DNA of 35,146 bases, taken from a virus (lineage: Duplodnaviria > Caudoviricetes). The notes beneath the pieces are model-generated. The model saw only the letters and a program-made list of their open reading frames with translations. It made no database searches and had not been told where the DNA came from. Positions 29,179 through 35,146 of the stretch are shown here, in pieces. Where the stretch lies: IMG/VR virus record IMGVR_UViG_3300005611_001436, positions 1 through 35,146 of that record, one strand, 5' to 3'. Made by a program: the position numbers and the translations under genes. Position 1 is the first letter of the stretch, and every line of letters begins with the position of its first letter.

Positions 29179-29880
29179 TTATCCTCTATGTTTTGTAAAA
29201 ATACTTATACCTAATTTATTTTTAACACCAATCTTTGTAAAATCACTTGCACAGTGTAATCTACAACAATCAAATACTATTGCATTGCCTGGTGTCCAAT
29301 TGTGTGCTGAGTTAAAACTCAAACCCTCTAACCATTGGTCTTTTAAATGTGTCAAATACTTCTCTTTCATAATACTATCAAAAGGTTCGTCTGTTTTACC
29401 TAATACATCTTTGTAATCATTTACAATTGTATTATAGTGTGTTTCTACATCTTGTTCACCTTTAAAAAACTTACTAGGTCCTTCTAAGTAAACTTGGTCA
29501 AAGAAACATAAATGTGGTTCTTCTTCACCATCATATTCTAAAGGTATGTTAAATGCTTTATAAATTTTTGGCCATTTTTCTCTATTATCATCATTGTGTA
29601 TAATATGAGGCCTCTCTACATAAAAAAACATTCCGTGATATATTTCACTATCAGGATATAACTTATATATTTTATTTTCTATTTTTTTTAATACATCTAT
29701 GTTATAATCTTTTATAGCTGCAGTAATAGGTCCTGTATTTTTATGTACTTTATTTGATGTATTATAAAACATATTACACAACTCTTCAATATCTTTTTTA
29801 TCAATAAAGTTTTCTATGTAATATGTTTCTTCTAATCTTTCTAATATAAAGTCTTTGTCTTCTTGTGTTCTAGTGAGCAT
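29179..29880 (-). CDS. Putative 2OG-Fe(II) oxygenase
   Basis: IHND (HxD), FNIPL and WTPGNAIVFDCCRLHCAS (distal His); likely start ATG 29880. Confidence 0.7.
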   Translation of the reverse strand: MLTRTQEDKDFILERLEETYYIENFIDKKDIEELCNMFYNTSNKVHKNTGPITAAIKDYNIDVLKKIENKIYKLYPDSEIYHGMFFYVERPHIIHNDDNREKWPKIYKAFNIPLEYDGEEEPHLCFFDQVYLEGPSKFFKGEQDVETHYNTIVNDYKDVLGKTDEPFDSIMKEKYLTHLKDQWLEGLSFNSAHNWTPGNAIVFDCCRLHCASDFTKIGVKNKLGISIFTKHRG

Positions 29881-30577
29881 GTTGTAAATTTGCAATTAGT
29901 TTTGATACATTAGCAGATGTAAAAGGAACATTTATAATTAAGTGTGTACTATTTTTTGCCCAACTCATAGTTCTATGTATCTTTTTAGTATTAATAAAAT
30001 ATGGTCTACCGTGTTCAATTAACATTTTTTCATTACCGTGAATCCAATCAAAGTTTAATGGTTCACAATCTTGTAAGAACACAGCAATTCTAAAAGAGTC
30101 CCTAGGCATAGTTGGGTGGTCTCTATGAGGTACAAAATAACCACCGATACCTGACTTCACTAAAAAGGTTCTGCCTAACGGAGAAAATTCTTCTAATAAA
30201 GGATGTAAACTAGGTAATCTATCGTATGCTTCAGTTGGCACATTAAAATCTGCTTCGTGTAATCTTCTACCTGCTTCTACACAGGCCTGTGCCAAACTAG
30301 GATTATCTTGGTGTGTTTTGCCTGGTAAGTTTGTAACTGCTAAACCTAATCTATTATTAGGTCTATCTTCTCGTGGTAAGTAATCAACCCATTCAGAGTC
30401 AAATTCTTTTATCTCTTTTTGAAATTGTTTGTAATTGATTTTTATTCTTAAAGGTTCCCAATCACCAATACTTAATAAAGCAAGTTCATCAGCAACTGTG
30501 CCTAATTCTACTTTTGAAGTGTCGTAGAGAACAGGTCTTCCACTTACACCTTTTTTAACTATAACATTATCTACCAT
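29870..30577 (-). CDS. 2OG-Fe(II) oxygenase, aspartyl/asparaginyl beta-hydroxylase-like
   Basis: GGYFVPHRD (HxD), GRPYFINTKKIH and HLIINV motifs. Confidence 0.75.
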   Translation of the reverse strand: MVDNVIVKKGVSGRPVLYDTSKVELGTVADELALLSIGDWEPLRIKINYKQFQKEIKEFDSEWVDYLPREDRPNNRLGLAVTNLPGKTHQDNPSLAQACVEAGRRLHEADFNVPTEAYDRLPSLHPLLEEFSPLGRTFLVKSGIGGYFVPHRDHPTMPRDSFRIAVFLQDCEPLNFDWIHGNEKMLIEHGRPYFINTKKIHRTMSWAKNSTHLIINVPFTSANVSKLIANLQHAH

Positions 30578-30592
30578 AATATACCTCTATCT

Positions 30593-30600
30593 TATTTATA
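30593..30600 (-). promoter_or_regulatory. T4-type late promoter
   Basis: TATTTATA on + equals TATAAATA on -; followed by a GAGG RBS and ATG 30577. Confidence 0.75.
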
Positions 30601-31228
30601 TGTGTTTGATAAGACTGTCAATTGTAGGTTTGTTTGTTCTATTTGGTCCTCTTGTAACATCTGGTGTTACATTACCGTAATCAAATCCGTGTTTAACACC
30701 ATCTTTAAAAACTTCTCTTTGAATACTAGTATCTTCACCGTCCATTTTGTCAATGTAACCTAAACCTAAAGACATCATACCATATCTATTTACTCTACCT
30801 AATTTTTCTGCTACGGCAAGTTCACCTAAACAACCATTAAATCCAGTTTGTATGCCTTGTTCTTCAGCAGCTAACATTGCAATTGTACTACTGACCATAC
30901 AATCATTAAAAGTTTCTTTATTTTTAACATTTGCAACCCATATCAAAACTACAGGTGCAAGAAGTTGGCCATTATATCGTCTGTTACCTATAGGTCCTTC
31001 TTTTAGTCTTTCGCCATCTATACAATAAGTATTTTCCCAATATAACCATTGTTTGATTTCATTAGCTTTGTCACTATTACCTAGCACAAAGATTTCATAC
31101 TTATATTTGCCATTTTTAGACGGAGACAGATATGTACAATCTAAGACATACTGTAATTTGTCTTCTTCAACGGTTTTTTCAGACCACCATTTTGCAGTAA
31201 ACCTATTGGATAACAATTCTTTCAACAT
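30596..31228 (-). CDS. Nitroreductase-family flavoprotein
   Basis: LLSNRFTAKWW, LSPSKNG, APVVL, AMLAAEEQGIQTGFNGC and LGLGY motifs. Confidence 0.85.
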   Translation of the reverse strand: MLKELLSNRFTAKWWSEKTVEEDKLQYVLDCTYLSPSKNGKYKYEIFVLGNSDKANEIKQWLYWENTYCIDGERLKEGPIGNRRYNGQLLAPVVLIWVANVKNKETFNDCMVSSTIAMLAAEEQGIQTGFNGCLGELAVAEKLGRVNRYGMMSLGLGYIDKMDGEDTSIQREVFKDGVKHGFDYGNVTPDVTRGPNRTNKPTIDSLIKHI

Positions 31229-31233
31229 ACCAT

Positions 31234-31253
31234 TATTTATTCCATTATAAATA
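31234..31253. promoter_or_regulatory. Divergent late promoters
   Basis: AATAAATA on - (31234-31241) and TATAAATA on + (31246-31253) at the right border of the island. Confidence 0.65.
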
Positions 31254-31279
31254 ATAGTATTATAACATAGGAGATTATT

Positions 31280-31474
31280 ATGGCAGTAATGATTGATGGT
31301 GTCGAATATGATGAAACTAAATTTAGTCCTGAATTACAAAACTATATAGTGGTAAGACAGGAAATTCAGTTATCAAAAATCAGACACCAATTAGAGCTTG
31401 AGAAAATTGAAGTATTAACAACTCATTATAACAAAAAGATAAAAGAATTAGTAGAAAAAGAAACTGGTAAGTAG
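31280..31474 (+). CDS. Small coiled-coil hypothetical protein
   Basis: AGGAG RBS; VMIDGVEYD followed by a heptad-like helix. Confidence 0.75.
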   Translation: MAVMIDGVEYDETKFSPELQNYIVVRQEIQLSKIRHQLELEKIEVLTTHYNKKIKELVEKETGK

Positions 31475-31476
31475 AA

Positions 31477-31818
31477 ATGGCCGCAATAGCAAATCTAAGT
31501 ATTGACCAAGGGGCAACTTTTACCTCAGATGTAACTGTTAAAGACGCAAACGGAAATGCTTTCAATTTAACAGGTTACACAGCTGAGGCAAAAATGGCCA
31601 AAGGGTATGCCTCAACTAGAACAAGAACAAGTTTTACGGCAACCGTAGCCGCTGATGCATCCACAGGAGTGGTAACATTATCGCTAACGGCAGCTCAGAC
31701 CGCAGCCTTAGATGCTGAAAGATATGTGTATGACCTGGAGATTACACAAACCTCTAGTGGAAATGTCACTAGAGTCATAGAAGGCATTATTTCTGTTAGA
31801 CCACAAGTTACTACTTAA
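31477..31818 (+). CDS. Virion structural protein (BppU-N/Ig-like)
   Basis: NLSIDQGATF, NLTGY, LSLTAAQTAAL, RYVYD and RVIEG..V.P.VT motifs. Confidence 0.75.
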   Translation: MAAIANLSIDQGATFTSDVTVKDANGNAFNLTGYTAEAKMAKGYASTRTRTSFTATVAADASTGVVTLSLTAAQTAALDAERYVYDLEITQTSSGNVTRVIEGIISVRPQVTT

Positions 31819-31834
31819 TTCAACTCTTTTTTGT

Positions 31835-31842
31835 TATAAATA
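31835..31842 (+). promoter_or_regulatory. T4-type late promoter
   Basis: TATAAATA followed by GAGGAG RBS. Confidence 0.8.
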
Positions 31843-31859
31843 TACAAGAGGAGAGAATA

Positions 31860-32108
31860 ATGCCTGATATTACAGCAAAAATAAATGTAAATACTTCACA
31901 AGGACCACAACAAGTTTCAGTATCCTTGCCATCTGCTCAGGCGGCACAAAACAGCTCTCTACAGTTAAAATTGTTAGGTGATGTTGATACAACTTCTTTA
32001 GATGATGGAGCAATCTTACAGTATAGGTCAAGTGATGGCAAATTTGTTACAAGAACAGAAATTGTGACAACTACTGGAACATTAACATTTAATTGTGGAG
32101 CATTTTAG
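31860..32108 (+). CDS. Small virion/fibre-associated protein
   Basis: LGDVDTTSLDDGAILQY...GKF motif; C-terminal CGAF. Confidence 0.7.
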   Translation: MPDITAKINVNTSQGPQQVSVSLPSAQAAQNSSLQLKLLGDVDTTSLDDGAILQYRSSDGKFVTRTEIVTTTGTLTFNCGAF

Positions 32109-32117
32109 GAGTTTTAA

Positions 32118-32831
32118 ATGGCAACAGTAATTCAGATAAAAAGAAGTTCGGGTACTACAGCACCTAGTACGCTGAAACTCGGTGAATTAGCTTATACTTA
32201 TGGAACAGGTTTACAAGGCAATCTTGGAGATAGATTGTTTATTGGTGAAGGTGGTGTTGACGGTAATGGTGATGCAAATAATATATCAGTCATAGGCGGA
32301 CAATATTTCACAGACATGCTCGACCATGTCGCAGGTACTTTAACAGGCAGTTCAGCCCTTATAGCAGATGCAAACTTAGCAATCGACCAAGTTATTGTTG
32401 GTAATTCAGCCACAGTAGGTGGTACAGTAAAATTAAATGAAGGTACAAATAACGGCACAAACTTTATTGGTTTAAAAGCTCCTAATACCGTTACTACTAC
32501 AACAACATTTACATTACCAGATGGCGACGGAACAGCAGGTCAATTTTTAAAAACAGACGGTTCAGGTAATTTAGATTTCGCAACTGTTAATCAGTTTATT
32601 GACTTAGCATTTACAGATGAAAGTTCTACACAAGGTGCAGTACAAATTGGTAATGCAATGGAATTTTTAGCAGGTGAAGGTATTAACACAATTGCAAGTG
32701 GTAACACTTTACAAATCGCAGGTGAATTAGCAAGTACATCAAACATTGGTGTGGCTTCATTTACTTCAGATAACTTTACAGTAACAAGTGGTGATGTAGC
32801 AATTACTACAGTTGACGGAGGTTCATTCTAA
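32118..32831 (+). CDS. Tail fibre protein with Mtd-N-like N-terminus
   Basis: IQIKRS...L.LGELAY...LFIG; TLPDGDGTAGQFLKTDGSGNL; C-terminal DGGSF. Confidence 0.75.
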   Translation: MATVIQIKRSSGTTAPSTLKLGELAYTYGTGLQGNLGDRLFIGEGGVDGNGDANNISVIGGQYFTDMLDHVAGTLTGSSALIADANLAIDQVIVGNSATVGGTVKLNEGTNNGTNFIGLKAPNTVTTTTTFTLPDGDGTAGQFLKTDGSGNLDFATVNQFIDLAFTDESSTQGAVQIGNAMEFLAGEGINTIASGNTLQIAGELASTSNIGVASFTSDNFTVTSGDVAITTVDGGSF

Positions 32832-33022
32832 TGATTAATATTTTTAAGAAGATTATTAATACAGTTATAGGAACATATGACGAAGAAAAACCTGATTTAA
32901 AAAATTTAGAAAAGAAAACAAAAGTTGAGTTAGAAAAACTTGGCAGAAAAGTTGGTATTGAGTTAGATAAAAGATTAACAAAAGATAAACTCATTAAACA
33001 GATTAAGAAGCATTGTAAATAA
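32831..33022 (+). CDS. Small Lys-rich protein, possible helix-extension-helix (Rho-N/HeH-like) domain
   Basis: KTKVELEKLGRKVGIELDKRLTKDKLIKQI; coupled on both sides by TAATG overlaps. Confidence 0.6.
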   Translation: MINIFKKIINTVIGTYDEEKPDLKNLEKKTKVELEKLGRKVGIELDKRLTKDKLIKQIKKHCK

Positions 33023-33402
33023 TGGCAACAGTAATTAAACTTAAAAGAAGTGAAACGGCTTTAGCCATACCATCAGCAGGTTCATTACAGGCTGGTGAAT
33101 TGGCAATGAATATCACTGACGGAAAGTTTTATACAAAAACATCAGGTGGTTCAGTTGTTGAAGTTGGTGGTGCAGGTTCAGTTACACTACAAGATGTTAC
33201 TGATAACGCAGCTATTACTACAAATGATATTACATTAAACGGTTCAAATTTAGTTTTTGAAGGATTTTTAGAAAATGCTTTTGAAACAACTTTAACAGTT
33301 GCAGAACCAACTGCTGATAGAACAATTACATTACCTAACCAATCAGGTACAGTTGCTATGGATGGTGATGCTTTGGCATACTCAATAGTATTTGGAGGAT
33401 AA
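33022..33402 (+). CDS. Short fibre protein with Mtd-N-like N-terminus
   Basis: IKLKRS...LQAGELAMNITDGKFY; LVFEG..FETTL module; ALAYSIVFGG end. Confidence 0.7.
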   Translation: MATVIKLKRSETALAIPSAGSLQAGELAMNITDGKFYTKTSGGSVVEVGGAGSVTLQDVTDNAAITTNDITLNGSNLVFEGFLENAFETTLTVAEPTADRTITLPNQSGTVAMDGDALAYSIVFGG

Positions 33403-33405
33403 TAA

Positions 33406-33756
33406 GTGGCAAGTAGTTTTAAAAATGCAGGACTTGATGTTGGTGTTTTAGATGACGCAACAGGTAATATGTACACAGCTACAGGCTCAGGTGTATCTGC
33501 TGTTGTTCACGCCATTTATATTTCAAACAAAAGTGCTACCAATGTTGCAAAAGTAAATGTTAAAGTTACTACAGATGGTGGTTCTACTTTTTATCACATT
33601 GGTAGAAGTTTAGAGGTTGATGTAAATAACACTTTAGTTTTAGACAAACCTATCAACTTAGAGAACAATGATATTATAAGAATTTATGCAGACCCTAATC
33701 CAGACAGTTCGTCTGTAGATGTTGAAGCGTATGCAAGTATTTTGGAGATTAGTTAA
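33406..33756 (+). CDS. Putative virion structural protein
   Basis: GTG start; ASSFKNA...LVLDKPINLE..D.I...SILEIS pattern. Confidence 0.65.
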   Translation: MASSFKNAGLDVGVLDDATGNMYTATGSGVSAVVHAIYISNKSATNVAKVNVKVTTDGGSTFYHIGRSLEVDVNNTLVLDKPINLENNDIIRIYADPNPDSSSVDVEAYASILEIS

Positions 33757-34385
33757 TGGCTATTAATAATCATGTTGTAAATACAGGCGGCCGTGGTAAT
33801 AATATGTTTAGTGAGACCTTTCACGGTCTTAGAAGAACACAAGACGGTAAATTGTATTACACACTAAGAGATAAAAATGTAGGTACTTTTAGTAATGATG
33901 GTGGTACTACTGAATTATCTAGTGACGCTGATTATGTCGCAGTTGTGGAAGAATATATTTCTGGTACAGATGATACTTTTACAGGTGATGGTTCTGATAC
34001 AACTTTTACACTAGGTGAAAGTTATCCTAGTGACGGCGCAGATAGATTGGCTGTATTTGTAGATAGAGCAAGACAAACAGCAACTACAGACTATTCTGTA
34101 TCTGGTACTACATTAACTTTTACAAGGGCTCCTCATAACAATGCGGAGATTTTTGTAAGACATATTAAAAAAGAATATAAAAATAATGTTTCTGACACTT
34201 ATCAACAATATAAGTTTGAGGGTGGTAGAAATTATTACAAATTAAATAGCGACGGTAAGTTAGTTAAAGTAGAAAACAAGAAAATGCCTGTAGATGAGGC
34301 AAACTTTCCTGATGATGTATTAGATAGTGACTTTGGAAATTATAACGGAAGTTCAATTGTTAATGCAACTACTTACTCCGTGTAG
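33756..34385 (+). CDS. Putative virion structural protein
   Basis: FHGLRRTQDGKLY N-terminus; inserted GDGSDTTFT...DYSVSGTTLTFT module; YQQYKF. Confidence 0.65.
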   Translation: MAINNHVVNTGGRGNNMFSETFHGLRRTQDGKLYYTLRDKNVGTFSNDGGTTELSSDADYVAVVEEYISGTDDTFTGDGSDTTFTLGESYPSDGADRLAVFVDRARQTATTDYSVSGTTLTFTRAPHNNAEIFVRHIKKEYKNNVSDTYQQYKFEGGRNYYKLNSDGKLVKVENKKMPVDEANFPDDVLDSDFGNYNGSSIVNATTYSV

Positions 34386-34393
34386 TATAAATA
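34386..34393 (+). promoter_or_regulatory. T4-type late promoter
   Basis: TATAAATA immediately after the stop codon, with an AAGG RBS downstream. Confidence 0.8.
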
Positions 34394-34416
34394 TATGGGA
34401 ATAACAAGGTAAAAAA

Positions 34417-35146
34417 ATGGCAGATTTTGTACTAGGAAGACTAAAATTTAAATGGCGTGGCGATTGGGGCACCTCGACTGCCTACCTTATTGACGATATT
34501 GTAAAATATGGTGGTAATACATATGTCTGTGTTACAAACCACACATCTCAATCTACAGAAGCCAACTTCTACACAGATTTTCAATCAAACTCATATTGGC
34601 AATTACATACTGAAGGCCTTTTCTTTAAAGGTGATTGGGCTGGTTCGACATTTTACAAATTAAATGATTTAGTTAAATATGGTGCATATCAATATAGATG
34701 TATTTTACAACACACATCTGGTGGTTCTTTTGCAATTGGTTCAAATTGGCAAGTTTATTCTGAAGGATTACAATGGGAAGATACTTATGACCCTAGTACA
34801 GTTTACCAAGACGGTGATGTAGTAAACTATGGTGGTTACACATATGTTTATGTTAACGCAACACCAGCTTCAGGACAAACACCTACAGATAATTCATATT
34901 GGGATGTTTTAACAACAGGATATAATAATACAGGCGATTATAATAATTCTACAGCCTATAAAACAGGTGATGTTGTAAGATATGGTGGTAACACATATGT
35001 TGCTGTTGCTAATCATTCTTCACAATATCCAGCAAATACAGATGGTTCTACAAATTCTTCTTATTGGGAATTAGTTGTACAAGGATTTAAATACCGTTCA
35101 GGTTATAGTGCTTTAACAACCTATAATATAGGTGATGTAGTAAGAT
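34417..35146 (+). CDS. Large virion/fibre protein with W/Y-rich (CBM5/12-like) repeats, runs off the window
   Basis: Hand-translated MADFVLGRLKFKWRGDWGTSTAYLIDDIVKYGGNTYVCVTNHTS...; Y..(G/D/N)D.V.YG..Y unit repeated at least four times; not in the ORF track. Confidence 0.8.
   Translation, partial: MADFVLGRLKFKWRGDWGTSTAYLIDDIVKYGGNTYVCVTNHTSQSTEANFYTDFQSNSYWQLHTEGLFFKGDWAGSTFYKLNDLVKYGAYQYRCILQHTSGGSFAIGSNWQVYSEGLQWEDTYDPSTVYQDGDVVNYGGYTYVYVNATPASGQTPTDNSYWDVLTTGYNNTGDYNNSTAYKTGDVVRYGGNTYVAVANHSSQYPANTDGSTNSSYWELVVQGFKYRSGYSALTTYNIGDVVR

Noticed and set aside
18819-31228. DNA hypermodification cluster interpretation
   Set aside because: No thymidylate-synthase/hydroxymethylase, kinase, TET/JBP or 7-deazaguanine genes recognised, and the context is late and structural. 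Disfavoured but not excluded.
32118-33402. Diversity-generating retroelement suggested by Mtd-N-like domains
   Set aside because: No reverse transcriptase and no adenine-variant template/variable repeat pair seen; Mtd-N is only a docking domain.
22078-33476. Short overlapping ORFs 22078, 22635, 27668, 27702, 29075, 31053, 31380, 32198, 32806, 33129
   Set aside because: Opposite strand to motif-bearing or operon-coupled genes; no independent support.
34417-35146. Periodic sequence resembling a repeat array or CRISPR
   Set aside because: Degenerate protein-level repeats in an open reading frame, not identical DNA repeats with spacers.
1-35146. Stop-codon recoding, introns/inteins, tRNAs, mobile elements
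   Set aside because: Core genes are intact under the standard code and pack tightly; no such elements recognised by eye (a tRNAscan/Infernal run would confirm).

Overview
AT-rich segment of a T4-like myovirus genome. It most resembles marine T4-like phages of Alphaproteobacteria, and a SAR11/pelagiphage-type host is inferred, not shown. From left to right: (i) 1-447, two small leftward genes behind a sigma70-type early promoter; (ii) ~480-760, an intergenic switch between early and late transcription carrying an IHF consensus, an alphaproteobacterial LexA box (GTTC-N7-GTTC) and two tandem GANTC sites that both fit the GcrA motif YGAKTCK; (iii) 760-18799, a late baseplate/tail block (an unannotated 45-aa Cys-rich peptide, PAAR, gp25, gp6, gp7-like, gp9/10-like, a fibre plus chaperone cassette, gp8, a 2041-aa VrlC-like protein, further fibre/structural proteins); (iv) 18819-31228, a 12.4-kb island of 17 genes in four alternating-orientation blocks: SDR epimerase, four glycosyltransferase-like proteins, three radical SAM enzymes plus a free SPASM/twitch domain, methyltransferase, GNAT-like protein, TauD-like and two other 2OG-Fe(II) oxygenases, fatty-acid desaturase, nitroreductase and two hypotheticals. 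The island is driven by T4-type late promoters (TATAAATA), including a face-to-face pair inside an 11-bp inverted repeat; (v) 31280-35146, more late virion/fibre genes. The best candidates for an undescribed system are the late-expressed tailoring-enzyme island (possibly virion glycan/protein/lipid modification) and the host SOS/cell-cycle-type operator cluster. No tRNA, CRISPR, integrase or reverse transcriptase was seen. All family calls are by motif recognition, with no database search.
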